This document shows positions 48,644-59,483 of a DNA stretch of 64,000 nucleotides, piece after piece. Made by a program: the position numbers and the translations under genes. The notes under the pieces are model-generated. The model saw only the letters and a list, made by a program, of their open reading frames with translations. It searched no databases and had not been told where the DNA came from. The stretch comes from Bdellovibrio sp. (GTDB taxonomy: Bacteria > Bdellovibrionota > Bdellovibrionia > Bdellovibrionales > Bdellovibrionaceae). Where the stretch lies: positions 256,001 to 320,000 of the forward strand of contig JAKFCY010000003.1 of NCBI GenBank assembly GCA_036676395.1. Direction: 5' to 3'. Numbering within the stretch: the first letter of the stretch is position 1; each line of letters opens with the position of its first letter.

Positions 48644-49246
48644 TTATTTCGTTTTCTTAGTTGTTTTTTTAGCGGCTTTTTTAGCTGCTGTTTTCACTGA
48701 GCGTTTAGAAGTAGCTTTTTTAGGAGCTGCTTTCGCTGTGGCTTTCTTCTTAGGAGCAGCAGCTTTTTTAGCTGGAGCAGCCTTAGGAGCAACACCGTGA
48801 GCTGCTGCGCGGCCTAAACCGATGCCTGCTTCTGCACGAGCGCGTGAATCTTCAATTTTAGTTTGGATACGTTCAGCACGTAATGCTGTCATATCTTTTA
48901 CTACTGGTTTGCCTTCTGCTTTAGAAGATTGGCCATCTGGACCCGCGATAGCTTTAATGAAAATTTCAGTGAAATCTTGTTTGTGAGTTCCAAATTTACG
49001 GTAGCCTTGACGACGACGTTTTTTGAAAACGTACACTTTACGAGTGCGGGCTTGCTTAGTAACAACAACTGTAACACCAGCGTTTTTAACTAACGGAGAT
49101 CCCACGTGAGTTTTATCACCACCAACTAGTAATACTTCGTTGATTGTGTATTCTGCGCCAAGAGCTTGTTCAACCTTGTCGATTTGTAAAACATCGCCGG
49201 CTTGAACTTTATACTGTTTGCCGCCTGTTTTAATAATTGCGTACAT
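48644..49246 (-). CDS. rplU: 50S ribosomal protein L21 with long Lys/Ala C-terminal extension
   Basis: MYAIIKTGGKQYKV; about 95 extra C-terminal residues. Confidence 0.96.
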   Translation of the reverse strand: MYAIIKTGGKQYKVQAGDVLQIDKVEQALGAEYTINEVLLVGGDKTHVGSPLVKNAGVTVVVTKQARTRKVYVFKKRRRQGYRKFGTHKQDFTEIFIKAIAGPDGQSSKAEGKPVVKDMTALRAERIQTKIEDSRARAEAGIGLGRAAAHGVAPKAAPAKKAAAPKKKATAKAAPKKATSKRSVKTAAKKAAKKTTKKTK

Positions 49247-49484
49247 TCTTATACTCCTTGATTGGATTAACTTGTCTTAAATAAGAGTGATCGTTAAATC
49301 ATTTTTGGTCTGACCCTGTCAAAGCCAAATGTTTTTATTTCAGTCTAGATTTTTCTTACTCTTAGCGACATGTCATATGTAGTTTAATTCGATATGGATG
49401 ATAATTACCGCATTATTAATACCTATTTAATATATTTTACGAATTACTATTGCTATTATTAACAATCTCTGTTGTTATTGCTTC

Positions 49485-50591
49485 ATGGATGTTATCCATA
49501 AAAGAAGGATCGCCCCTCCCTTAAAGGCCCCTTTAAAAAAGAACCTATTTTTACTTTCTCCCCGTCAAACGGGAAAAAGCTCATATCTGAAGGCTTTGCC
49601 TTCAGTAGATTTGTATCTAAACTTGCAAGAGGCAGATACGTTTCGAAAACTCTCATTTCAAAAAAACATTATTGAAAAGTTATTAACTCCAGACATGAAA
49701 ACTGTGGCGTTAGATAATGTTCACCGCTTACCTTCGCTGTTAGATCAGGTTGAGCACTTAAATAAAACACAGAACGTGCATTTTATTTTGTCGGCCTCAC
49801 AACAGATGAAAAAACATCGCGCCCTGGCAGCTGAAAATGCTGATACAGTTTCACTTTTGCCGTTTTGTTATGAAGAACTTCAGGCTGGTTTTAACTTAGA
49901 TCAAATTTTAAATTTTGGTTCACTACCTTCTGTTTATGATTTTCAACATAAGGCTGTGCTTTTAAGTGATTATGTCGGTTTGTTATTTCAAGCTGACTTT
50001 ATTCAGTCAGGAAAAATTCGTAAGATCGAAAATTTTTCGCGTTTTTTAAACGTGGCTGCCGAATACAACGGCCAGTTTTTACATTATGAAGAAATTGCTA
50101 AACTTTGCGAAGCGCCGGCACGCACTGTACGAGAGTACTTTGAACTGCTAAAAGAGATGCACCTAGGTTATGAAATCCAGTGTACGACATCGCGTAAAGG
50201 CGCCAAACGCTCTAAGTTTTATTTTTTCGATATCGGTGTGGTGAACGCCCTGAAAAATGATTTTAATATCGAACAGGATTTTGAAAAATCTGAAGCCGCT
50301 TTAAAACACCTTATTCTAACCGAGCTTATGGCTTATAAAAATTATCGTAAGCCCGATATGAAAATTGAATTTTGGTGTGATTATCAGGGTAACGAAATTG
50401 ATTTTTTAATTAATAATGAAACCGCCATTGAAGTGCGCGGCACTAAATCTGTGAATAGCCAGCATTCGCGCCGGCTTAAAAAATTCACGACTAAATTTTC
50501 AGTGAAAAAATCGTATCTGATCAGCCGCGACCCACAAAGCTTAAACGTTGAAACGTTTTTAAAAGACTTGTGGCGCGATAAAGTGATCTAG
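49485..50591 (+). CDS. AAA_14/DUF4143-like ATP-binding protein
   Basis: PRQTGKS, GSLP, KFYFFDIG, EIDF...AIEV. Confidence 0.82.
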   Translation: MDVIHKRRIAPPLKAPLKKNLFLLSPRQTGKSSYLKALPSVDLYLNLQEADTFRKLSFQKNIIEKLLTPDMKTVALDNVHRLPSLLDQVEHLNKTQNVHFILSASQQMKKHRALAAENADTVSLLPFCYEELQAGFNLDQILNFGSLPSVYDFQHKAVLLSDYVGLLFQADFIQSGKIRKIENFSRFLNVAAEYNGQFLHYEEIAKLCEAPARTVREYFELLKEMHLGYEIQCTTSRKGAKRSKFYFFDIGVVNALKNDFNIEQDFEKSEAALKHLILTELMAYKNYRKPDMKIEFWCDYQGNEIDFLINNETAIEVRGTKSVNSQHSRRLKKFTTKFSVKKSYLISRDPQSLNVETFLKDLWRDKVI

Positions 50592-51121
50592 TAATTAGTA
50601 ATAAACGGTGCTGGCGATGGTAATGGCAATTGATCCATATCTGCCGGGTACTGAACATATTCTTTTGAACATGTGAAGGCCGCATTACCTGCGTTATCAA
50701 CAGCTGCATAAAATGTCTGAGCGACTATTCCGCATTCTAAGCTAAACGGATTAGTGGCTTTACAGATTTTTTTCATGTTCGTTAAAAACTGATTATCGCA
50801 GTCTAATTTAGATTTATTACTTGTCGTTGGTTCGTGGTGATAACACAGATCGTGAATGATACAGGCTTTGAAAAATAAGGTTTTGTATTTTCCTTCGGGC
50901 GCTGAGCAACCATTGAAATACATCACTTGGCCTTCAGCATTTTTCTGCTTACACGCTTCGCCCATTTTAACATTACCAGTTGCGGGACAAATCCATTCAG
51001 GAACAATTTCTCCCCCGGTTTGGATGCAGTATTCAGTTAATTGCTGATCCGCGTATGCCGCTGAAGTTAATGCAAAAGTAAACGTTAGAACAAGCGTAAG
51101 GCTTACCAAAAGTTTTTTCAT
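50588..51121 (-). CDS. Secreted phospholipase A2-like protein
   Basis: Signal peptide; NGCS.P...ACIIHDLCY...CD..F...M...C...FYAAV. Confidence 0.75.
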   Translation of the reverse strand: MKKLLVSLTLVLTFTFALTSAAYADQQLTEYCIQTGGEIVPEWICPATGNVKMGEACKQKNAEGQVMYFNGCSAPEGKYKTLFFKACIIHDLCYHHEPTTSNKSKLDCDNQFLTNMKKICKATNPFSLECGIVAQTFYAAVDNAGNAAFTCSKEYVQYPADMDQLPLPSPAPFITNY

Positions 51122-51133
51122 ATAATTTCCCTG

Positions 51134-52648
51134 TTAATTATCGAAAATTTCGTATTGTTCTAAGTGGTACGCGGTTTCGATCTTAAAGGCAATCGAATGT
51201 CCAAAGCGCTTTTCCAGGTGTTCCAAAGTTTCATTTTCGACTTCGTAAATCCAATCCACGATTTGGGCGTGGCAATGTACGATTAAATTGCGCTTCGTGT
51301 TTTCTGTCAAACCCACTTCACGTTCGATTTCGCGAAATATTTCATTAGCAATTGTGGCTTTACGTTTAATATATCCCTTACCATCGCAATAAGAGCATGG
51401 TTCGCACAGAGTTTTTACAAGGCTTGGGCGAATACGTTTACGGGTCATTTCGACCAGTCCAAGCTCAGACATAGAGGTCACATTGGTACGTACACGGTCT
51501 TTTTTAAGCTCTTCTTGCATTGCTTGCAGAACTTGTTCACGGTGTGATTCTTTTTCCATGTCGATAAAATCGATAATGATAATACCACCCACGTTACGCA
51601 CGCGCAATTGATGGGCAATCTCTTTAACCGCTTCTAGATTGGTTTTTAAGATGGTGTCTTCTAAATCTTTTTTACCCACGTAGCTTCCGGTATTTACGTC
51701 GACGACAACTAAAGCTTCAGCTTCATCAACAACGATGTAACCACCCGATTTTAACCAAACTTTACGTTCAGTGGCGCGTGAAATATCTAAATCAATATCA
51801 TACAAATCAAAAAGCGGTTTTTTTTCGCCGTAGTGAATAATGTTCTGTTTGTACTTTGGCATTAATTGGGTCACAAACTTTGAAACTTTTTTATAAACTT
51901 CTTCGTCATCAACCCAAACTGTCGTGACGTCTTCGCTCATCAAATCACGTAATGCGCGCAGCTCAACATCAAGCTCTGCATGCACTAAGCCTGCAGTTTT
52001 TTTCTTTTCGTAATTTTTTTGAATTTCTTTTCCTAAACGATCTAAGTATTCAATATCTGAACGAAGGGCTTCTTCGGTCGCACCTTCGGCAGCAGTTCTT
52101 ACGATCACGCCCCCGTTAGGATTAATTTTTTGCACTAGCCTTTTAAGGCGTTCTTTTTCATTTTCTTCTTCGATTTTGCGCGAAATACCAATGTGTTTTA
52201 CATACGGCATGTACACGATACCACGACCTGGTAACGAAATATGTGTCGTGATACGGGCGCCTTTTGTTCCCAATGGATCTTTTGCCACTTGCACCATAAG
52301 ATGTTGGCCTTCTTTAATTAAATCCTGAATGGGAGTTTTAATATCACGGCTTGATCTGTAGTCCTGATTGTCGTCTTGAGGCTTATGATCATCGTCATCA
52401 GCAAAAAATTCTTTGCCTTCTTCAGTTAAGATATCTCCCACATACAAAAAGGCTGCTTTCTCTAGACCAATGTCGACGAAAGCCGCTTGCATGCCCGGAA
52501 GTACTCTAGTTACGATCCCACGGTGAACAGTCCCGACCCAGGTCGGTGAAGACTTACGTTCAACTTTTAAATCCATCAAAATCCCAGACTCGACATAGGC
52601 CACGCGTGTTTCTAACGGTCGAACATTAATTAGAATTTCTGCTGCCAT
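51134..52648 (-). CDS. rng: Ribonuclease G (Rne/Rng family)
   Basis: LPGMQAAFVDIG, DVNTG, IDFIDM, EMTRKR, CxxC. Confidence 0.93.
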   Translation of the reverse strand: MAAEILINVRPLETRVAYVESGILMDLKVERKSSPTWVGTVHRGIVTRVLPGMQAAFVDIGLEKAAFLYVGDILTEEGKEFFADDDDHKPQDDNQDYRSSRDIKTPIQDLIKEGQHLMVQVAKDPLGTKGARITTHISLPGRGIVYMPYVKHIGISRKIEEENEKERLKRLVQKINPNGGVIVRTAAEGATEEALRSDIEYLDRLGKEIQKNYEKKKTAGLVHAELDVELRALRDLMSEDVTTVWVDDEEVYKKVSKFVTQLMPKYKQNIIHYGEKKPLFDLYDIDLDISRATERKVWLKSGGYIVVDEAEALVVVDVNTGSYVGKKDLEDTILKTNLEAVKEIAHQLRVRNVGGIIIIDFIDMEKESHREQVLQAMQEELKKDRVRTNVTSMSELGLVEMTRKRIRPSLVKTLCEPCSYCDGKGYIKRKATIANEIFREIEREVGLTENTKRNLIVHCHAQIVDWIYEVENETLEHLEKRFGHSIAFKIETAYHLEQYEIFDN

Positions 52649-52675
52649 ATTGGGACTCCTAGACGATTCGCTTGT

Positions 52676-52702
52676 TAACTTATCTGACAGTTTTACCGAA
52701 TA
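52676..52702 (+). promoter_or_regulatory. Possible sigma28-like promoter of pilT
   Basis: TAAC-N15-ACCGAATA. Confidence 0.3.
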
Positions 52703-52733
52703 TTAGTTTGTTAAGCAATGCGAGGATAAAACA

Positions 52734-53810
52734 ATGGCTACAATTGACGATCTATTTCGATTAATGGTTGAGCAAAAAGCATCGGATTTGCACGTGACGA
52801 GCGGCGCACCTCCCTATCTTCGCGTTCACGGGATGATGTCTCCACTGAATTACAGACAATTGACAAGCCAAGACGTACAAGGCTTGATCTTTGAAATCCT
52901 AAATGAAAAACAAAAAAAGGCCTTCGTTGAAAAATGGGAGCTCGATTTTGCTTACGTATTAGAAGGTGTGGGGCGTTTTCGTTGTAACATCTTCATGCAG
53001 CGTAAAGGTTTAGGCGCTGTGTTCCGTACGATTCCTGAAAAAATTAAATCTGCGACAGAGTTAAACTTGCCGCAAACGATTGTTGATCTGGTTGAACATG
53101 ACCGCGGACTTGTACTAGTTACCGGCCCAACAGGTTCGGGTAAATCGACGACTTTAGCTGCGATGATTCAACATATCAATGCGACACGTGAAGCGCATAT
53201 TATTACAGTTGAAGATCCGATCGAGTTTGTGCACCCAAATTTAAAATCATTAGTGAATCAACGTGAGGTTGGCGCACATACAAAGTCTTTCTCGAATGCT
53301 TTAAAAGCCAGCTTACGTGAAGATCCAGATATTATTCTGGTGGGAGAGCTACGTGATTTAGAAACTATTTCTTTAGCTTTAACTGCTGCAGAAACTGGTC
53401 ACTTAGTTTTCGGAACACTTCATACAAATTCAGCTGTAAAAACAATCGATCGTATTATTGACGTTTTTCCGGCAGGCCAACAGAGCCAAATTCGAGCGAT
53501 GTTAGCAGAATCTTTACGTGGGGTTGTGGCCCAGTCGTTATTTACCCGCGCCGATAAAATGGGACGCGTTGCCGCTTTTGAAGTCATGAAAGGCACGCGC
53601 GCCGTTGCGAATTTAATTCGTGAAGGTAAAAATCATCAAATTGCTTCTATTATCCAAACTAGTGCCGCTCAAGGGATGATGTTATTTGAAAAATCACTGG
53701 ATGACCTTGTTAAAAAAGGTCAGATCACTGCTGCCGATGCGAACTCTTTCTTAGGTAAAGAACCAGGAGCGGGCCTGCAAGGCGGCCCATCTGGAAAAAA
53801 AGTTGCCTAA
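52734..53810 (+). CDS. pilT: Type IV pilus retraction ATPase PilT
   Basis: ASDLH, GPTGSGKST, EDPIE, LREDPD, AETGH, ANLIRE. Confidence 0.95.
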   Translation: MATIDDLFRLMVEQKASDLHVTSGAPPYLRVHGMMSPLNYRQLTSQDVQGLIFEILNEKQKKAFVEKWELDFAYVLEGVGRFRCNIFMQRKGLGAVFRTIPEKIKSATELNLPQTIVDLVEHDRGLVLVTGPTGSGKSTTLAAMIQHINATREAHIITVEDPIEFVHPNLKSLVNQREVGAHTKSFSNALKASLREDPDIILVGELRDLETISLALTAAETGHLVFGTLHTNSAVKTIDRIIDVFPAGQQSQIRAMLAESLRGVVAQSLFTRADKMGRVAAFEVMKGTRAVANLIREGKNHQIASIIQTSAAQGMMLFEKSLDDLVKKGQITAADANSFLGKEPGAGLQGGPSGKKVA

Positions 53811-53837
53811 CTCTTAGATCGGATGTCAAATTGAACC

Positions 53838-54545
53838 ATGACATCCGACACTAAAAATTTATCTCCAGAAGACATTGCCCAATACATCGATCACACGTTG
53901 TTAAAACCTGAAGCTACACGTGCGCAAATTCAAAAACTTTGCGAAGAAGCTTTAACTCACCGTTTTTATGCGGTTTGCGTAAACTCATCGATGATTTCTG
54001 TGTGCAAAGAAATTTTAAAAAATAGTTCTGTTAAAATCGCTGCCGTAATTGGTTTTCCTTTAGGCGTTTGCGATACTTCAACGAAAGTATTTGAAACTAC
54101 GCGCGCCCTAAACTTGGGTGCCACTGAAATTGATATGGTTGTACACTTGGGCGCTGTAAAATCACAAGACTGGGCATATATCGAAAAAGATATTAAAGAA
54201 GTTGTCTTAGCGGCACAGGGTCATCCGGTAAAAGTTATTTTAGAAACTCACATGTTAACTCAGGATGAAAAACAAAAAGTTTGTGAAATTAGTTTGTTGG
54301 TCGGCGCACACTTTGTAAAAACAGCAACAGGATTTACCGGCGGTGGTGCTACGGTGGAAGATGTCACTTTAATGAAATCCATTGTACAAAATAAAGCGCA
54401 AGTTAAAGCCAGTGGCGGCGTGCGTGACTTTGCTACGGCTGTAAAAATGATTCAGGCAGGAGCAACGCGTATCGGAACTAGTTCTGGTGTGGCGATTGTG
54501 ACAGCTGGCAAAGCCAACAATGAATCTGGAAAAACAGGTTACTAA
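53838..54545 (+). CDS. deoC: Deoxyribose-phosphate aldolase
   Basis: IDHTLLKP, GFPLG, KVILE, VKASGG. Confidence 0.96.
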   Translation: MTSDTKNLSPEDIAQYIDHTLLKPEATRAQIQKLCEEALTHRFYAVCVNSSMISVCKEILKNSSVKIAAVIGFPLGVCDTSTKVFETTRALNLGATEIDMVVHLGAVKSQDWAYIEKDIKEVVLAAQGHPVKVILETHMLTQDEKQKVCEISLLVGAHFVKTATGFTGGGATVEDVTLMKSIVQNKAQVKASGGVRDFATAVKMIQAGATRIGTSSGVAIVTAGKANNESGKTGY

Positions 54546-55858
54546 TGCTACCTGCAGAAATAATTAAGAAAAAAAGAAATGGCTTTGAGTTAACTGAAAA
54601 AGAAATTTCAGATTTTATTTTAGGTTACACACATGGAACAGTTCCAGATTATCAAATGTCAGCTTTGTTAATGGCGATTTATTTTAAAGGCATGACAACT
54701 TCTGAAACATTATCGTTAACAAGAACTATGTTACATTCAGGCATCGTAGTTGATACTTCATCTATTCCCGGCTTTAAAGTTGATAAACATTCAACTGGTG
54801 GCGTTGGCGATAAAACTAGTTTGATCTTAGGCCCGGTAGCAGCAGCTTGCGGCGTGTACGTACCGATGATTTCAGGACGCGGTCTTGGTCACACTGGCGG
54901 AACACTCGATAAGTTAGAATCCATTCCCGGATTTAACACCCAACAAAGTTTAGAAAATTTTATTCGTATTACAAAAGAGCTTGGTACTTGTTTTATCGGT
55001 CAAACCAAAGACATCTGCCCTGCAGATAAAAAAATCTATGCCCTTCGTGATGTCACAGCCACTGTTGAAAGTTACCCATTAATTTGTGCCAGTATCATGT
55101 CGAAAAAAATTGCTGAAGGCATTGATGGTTTAGTTCTAGATGTAAAGTTTGGAACTGGCGCTTTTATGAAAACTGCAGAAAATGCACATGAACTAGCACG
55201 TAAGTTAATGGCGATCGGTGAAGGCTACGGCAAAAAAGTTGTATCATTAGTCACTTCGATGGATCAACCGCTTGGTCGCTTCGCTGGTAACGCCTGGGAA
55301 GTCTTTGAGTGTGTTGAGATCATGAAAAATAAAAAACATCTCGGCGTCGATGGCCATGATATGTATGAAGACACACGCGAACTTTCATTACAGCTTTCTG
55401 CCCATATGATCCATTTATCAGGAAAAACCAATTCGGTTGAAGATGCTTATGCACTAGCGCTAGATGCTTTAGTTTCTGGTCGCGCTTTAGAAATTTTTGA
55501 TAAGATGTGTGGAAAACAAGGTGGAAATCTAGCGAACCTTAGTTTTTCAAAAAAACAATTTCCGGTCGTTGCTACAGCTAGTGGTTTTGTTTCTGCCTTT
55601 AATGTAGAAAAAGTGGGAATCGCCGGCATCGTGCTTAAGGCCGGCCGCAGAATCACAGAAGATGTGATTGATCCATTAACTGGTATTGAGTTTCATAAAA
55701 AAACCGGCGATCCAATTAAAACTGGTGAAACATTATTTACAATTCACTGTGATAACGAATCATTAGTTGCTGAAACCACAAAATTTTTAAATGAAGCTGT
55801 TACCATCTCTACACAAAAACCTAATCAACATAAATTAATTAAAGAGGTTCTATTATGA
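54545..55858 (+). CDS. deoA: Thymidine/pyrimidine-nucleoside phosphorylase
   Basis: DKHSTGGVGDK, SGRGLGHTGGTLDKLES. Confidence 0.94.
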   Translation: MLPAEIIKKKRNGFELTEKEISDFILGYTHGTVPDYQMSALLMAIYFKGMTTSETLSLTRTMLHSGIVVDTSSIPGFKVDKHSTGGVGDKTSLILGPVAAACGVYVPMISGRGLGHTGGTLDKLESIPGFNTQQSLENFIRITKELGTCFIGQTKDICPADKKIYALRDVTATVESYPLICASIMSKKIAEGIDGLVLDVKFGTGAFMKTAENAHELARKLMAIGEGYGKKVVSLVTSMDQPLGRFAGNAWEVFECVEIMKNKKHLGVDGHDMYEDTRELSLQLSAHMIHLSGKTNSVEDAYALALDALVSGRALEIFDKMCGKQGGNLANLSFSKKQFPVVATASGFVSAFNVEKVGIAGIVLKAGRRITEDVIDPLTGIEFHKKTGDPIKTGETLFTIHCDNESLVAETTKFLNEAVTISTQKPNQHKLIKEVLL

Positions 55859-56685
55859 TGAACAATAATAATGTGGTTCAAAATATCACTGATGCTGTTA
55901 CTTACATTAAAAGCCAATCAAAAGTTAAACCGCGTATCGGTATTATTTTAGGTTCAGGACTAGGGCACTTCGTTCAGACTATGAATGTTGAAACGACTTT
56001 TCCGTTTAATGCTATTCCTAATTTTATTCCGACAACTGTTGAAGGCCACTCAGGCAATTTAATCTTAGGTGATATTGATGGTACACCCTTAGTTGTTTTA
56101 CAAGGACGCCTACATTATTATGAAGGCCATGATATGAACACGGTGGTTTTTCCGACACGTGTAATGGCGGCATTAGGTATAGAAATTTTAATCGTTACAA
56201 ATTCTGCCGGTGGTTATGGTGATGGTATGAATGCCGGTGATTTTATGGTGATCGAAGATCACATTAACATGATGGGCACTAATCCACTAATGGGCCCGAA
56301 TATTAAGGCTCTAGGGCCTCGTTTTCCAGATATGACTCAAGCTTACGACAAAGAACTTTTAGCAAAAGCTGAAACTGTTCTGCGCTCACAAAAAGTTTTC
56401 TTTCATAAAGGAATTTATATCGGCGTAACTGGTCCAACTTATGAAACACCTTCTGAAATTCGCATGTTTAAAGGTATGGGCGGAAAAGCAGTAGGTATGT
56501 CGACAGTTCCTGAAGTGATTGCGGCGAACCACATGGGAATTCGCGTAGCAGCCATTAGCTGTATCACGAATTTAGCTGCTGGTATCAGTGCGCATAAACT
56601 TACTCATGATGAAGTAACAGTAACCGCAAAAAGAGTTGAAAAATCTTTTTGCGATTTCTTAAAAGAATTTATCTCTAAGATCTAA
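55855..56685 (+). CDS. punA: Purine-nucleoside phosphorylase (trimeric type)
   Basis: [28 protein letters not shown]. Confidence 0.94.
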   Translation: MMNNNNVVQNITDAVTYIKSQSKVKPRIGIILGSGLGHFVQTMNVETTFPFNAIPNFIPTTVEGHSGNLILGDIDGTPLVVLQGRLHYYEGHDMNTVVFPTRVMAALGIEILIVTNSAGGYGDGMNAGDFMVIEDHINMMGTNPLMGPNIKALGPRFPDMTQAYDKELLAKAETVLRSQKVFFHKGIYIGVTGPTYETPSEIRMFKGMGGKAVGMSTVPEVIAANHMGIRVAAISCITNLAAGISAHKLTHDEVTVTAKRVEKSFCDFLKEFISKI

Positions 56686-58070
56686 AACAACGCGTTCTTA
56701 GGCGTTCTTGGGAATGGGATGACATCACGGATGTTTCCCATACCTGTGACATACATCAACATACGTTCAAAGCCTAAGCCATAGCCCGAATGCGGGAACG
56801 TGCCGTAGCGACGTAAATCTGTGTAGAATGTATAGTCTTTAGGTTCTAAACCGACTTTTTTCATCTGGATTTCCAGTAACTCAAGATTATCTTCACGTTG
56901 CGAGCCGCCGATCATTTCACCAATGCCAGGAACTAAAAGATCCATAGCGCGAACGGTTTTTTGATCTGGATTTAGCTTCATGTAAAAAGCTTTAATTTCT
57001 TTTGGGTAGTCCGTTAAGAAAACTGGTTTTTTAAAATGTTCTTCGGCTAAATATCTTTCGTGCTCAGATTGCAAATCCGTACCCCATTTAACCGGGTATT
57101 CGAATTTTTTACCTGACTTCATTAATATATCTACGCCTTCTGTGTATGTTAAGCGTCCGAATTCGTTATTTAAAACGTTATTCAATTTATCGAATAATCC
57201 TTTTTCAACGAATTGGTTGAAAAATGCCATTTCTTCAGGGCATTGCTCCATCACGTATTTAATAATGTATTTTACCATCTCTTCAGCGATATCCATATTA
57301 GCTGATAAATCTGCAAACGCCATTTCTGGTTCGATCATCCAAAATTCTGCAGCATGACGAGAAGTATTTGAATTTTCGGCACGAAATGTTGGACCAAAAG
57401 TATAGATGTTACCAAACGCTGCCGCGAAGGTTTCACCGTTTAGCTGACCACTTACCGTTAAGCTTGTTGTCTTACCGAAAAAATCTTGGCTAGCATCAAT
57501 GTGCCCATCTGCCGTGCGTGGAAGCTTATCTAAATTCATTGTTGTTACGCGAAACATTTCTCCGGCGCCTTCAGCATCAGATCCGGTGATGATCGGCGTA
57601 TGCACAAGCACGAAATTTTTTTCCTGAAAAAATTTATTGATTGCAAACGCTAATACCGAACGCACACGGAAAACTGCAGAGAATGTATTTGAGCGCGGGC
57701 GTAAATGAGCAATCTCGCGCAAAAATTCCATACTGTGACGTTTATTTTGTAGCGGGTAATCAGCATCGGCTTTTTGAAAGATTTCAACTGTTGATGCTTT
57801 CACCTCAAAAGTTTGACCGGCACCTTCTGATTTAACAACCGTACCAACAACTTGAATAGAGCTGGCAATTGAAAGTTTAGTTACATCAGCGAAATTCGAA
57901 AGGCTTTCATCAAAAACAATTTGCACGCCATTAAAAAAGCTTCCGTCATTAAGTTCGATAAAACCAAAACTTTTTTGATCCCGAATTTTTCTAACCCAAC
58001 CGGCTAGCTGGACTTGTTGACCAATTAATTTATCACTCTCTTTAAACAAATTACGCACTGTTTTTTTCAT
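56682..58070 (-). CDS. asnS: Asparagine-tRNA ligase
   Basis: [30 protein letters not shown]. Confidence 0.97.
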   Translation of the reverse strand: MKKTVRNLFKESDKLIGQQVQLAGWVRKIRDQKSFGFIELNDGSFFNGVQIVFDESLSNFADVTKLSIASSIQVVGTVVKSEGAGQTFEVKASTVEIFQKADADYPLQNKRHSMEFLREIAHLRPRSNTFSAVFRVRSVLAFAINKFFQEKNFVLVHTPIITGSDAEGAGEMFRVTTMNLDKLPRTADGHIDASQDFFGKTTSLTVSGQLNGETFAAAFGNIYTFGPTFRAENSNTSRHAAEFWMIEPEMAFADLSANMDIAEEMVKYIIKYVMEQCPEEMAFFNQFVEKGLFDKLNNVLNNEFGRLTYTEGVDILMKSGKKFEYPVKWGTDLQSEHERYLAEEHFKKPVFLTDYPKEIKAFYMKLNPDQKTVRAMDLLVPGIGEMIGGSQREDNLELLEIQMKKVGLEPKDYTFYTDLRRYGTFPHSGYGLGFERMLMYVTGMGNIRDVIPFPRTPKNALF

Positions 58071-58307
58071 GCAAGTAACATATCTGATTTACAGGGCGGA
58101 AGCAACAGCCCAAACAAACACTTATAGTTAAACTAAAGGCCGCTTTTAGCTCGCTAAATCATATAAAAAAAGTGGGGTTTTTTTGGTCCAGATTTTCTCA
58201 AAATCGAACGAGCAAGACTTGGTTATGTTTCGCATTTAACCGAAAGGTTCTTAGAAGGTCATCACAAGTAGAGCGGGAATGTACTTGCTGATGCAGAAAT
58301 GAGAACA

Positions 58308-59483
58308 ATGCGTAACAATTTACAGATATTTTTATTAGCCCTAGGTCTAGTAATTTTAACCGGTTGCAATAACGGCAAAACGAAAGAATCTGTATTCTCA
58401 GAAAACGCACAATCTTACTGTGAAACTAACACTTTAAAAAATCGCTATGTCGTTCAATGGGAAGATGGCTCAATCACTGTTGAAAAAAGTAAAAACGGTC
58501 AATCTGATGACGAATTCAGAGAAACATTTGTTAAAGATAATTTAGCGTTAATTAAACACGTTGATCGCGATTTTCAAATTCGTGTTCGTCCGATGGCAAA
58601 ATCATCTGATGTACAAGCTTCGGCTACTAATCTAAGTTGGGGCCCAGAACGCATGCAAGCTGATCTTGTATGGGCGCAAGGCTACAAAGGCCAAGGCGTA
58701 AAGGTCGGCGTTGTTGACGGCATGGTTGATCCGTCACATGTGCAACTTTCTAATAGCGTCATTTCAGCAGAGCAATTTAATAATGAAGTAAATGATCCCA
58801 ATTTAAATATTCACGGTACACATGTGGCAGGTATTATAGCTGCTGATCCAAATCTTGGCCCCGTGGGCGGAGTAGCTCCGTCAGCGAAAATTCTTTCGGG
58901 ACAGTTTATCAGCAATGCTGGTGGCGGCTCTTTAGGTGAGGCCATCTTAGCGATGAATTCTGTGGCTAACAAAGGCGCAAAAATTATCAATATGTCTTGG
59001 GGTGGTGCAGGTTGCGTAACCTCATTAAAAGACGCTGTTGAATCTTTATCTAATCGCGGGATTTTAATTGTAACTGCCGCAGGTAATGAAGGTGTAAATT
59101 CTGATTATTCACCGGACTATCCAGCTGCCTTTCGTTTAGCGAATCAAATTAATGTAGCTGCGACGACAATTGATGACCGCTTTATTTCATTTTCAAATCG
59201 CGGCATTCACACTGTGAATGTCGGAGCACCTGGTGTTTCGATTTATTCGACGATTCCGGGTAATCGTATTGATGATATGGATGGCACGAGCATGGCTGCA
59301 CCAATGGTCTCTGGAGCAGCAGCTTTATTATGGAGTGCTGTGCCCGCCGCGACTGCACAACAGATCAAACAGGCGATTTTTTCTTCGGTGGATGTGTATC
59401 CTGAATACCAAGTTAGCACACGTGGCCGTGTTAATGTGAAAAAAGCTTTAGATGCGTTACGTGCGATGCTATCATCGCAGTAA
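58308..59483 (+). CDS. Subtilisin-like (S8) serine protease, lipoprotein
   Basis: LTGC lipobox; VVDG, HGTHVAG, GTSMAAP. Confidence 0.93.
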   Translation: MRNNLQIFLLALGLVILTGCNNGKTKESVFSENAQSYCETNTLKNRYVVQWEDGSITVEKSKNGQSDDEFRETFVKDNLALIKHVDRDFQIRVRPMAKSSDVQASATNLSWGPERMQADLVWAQGYKGQGVKVGVVDGMVDPSHVQLSNSVISAEQFNNEVNDPNLNIHGTHVAGIIAADPNLGPVGGVAPSAKILSGQFISNAGGGSLGEAILAMNSVANKGAKIINMSWGGAGCVTSLKDAVESLSNRGILIVTAAGNEGVNSDYSPDYPAAFRLANQINVAATTIDDRFISFSNRGIHTVNVGAPGVSIYSTIPGNRIDDMDGTSMAAPMVSGAAALLWSAVPAATAQQIKQAIFSSVDVYPEYQVSTRGRVNVKKALDALRAMLSSQ

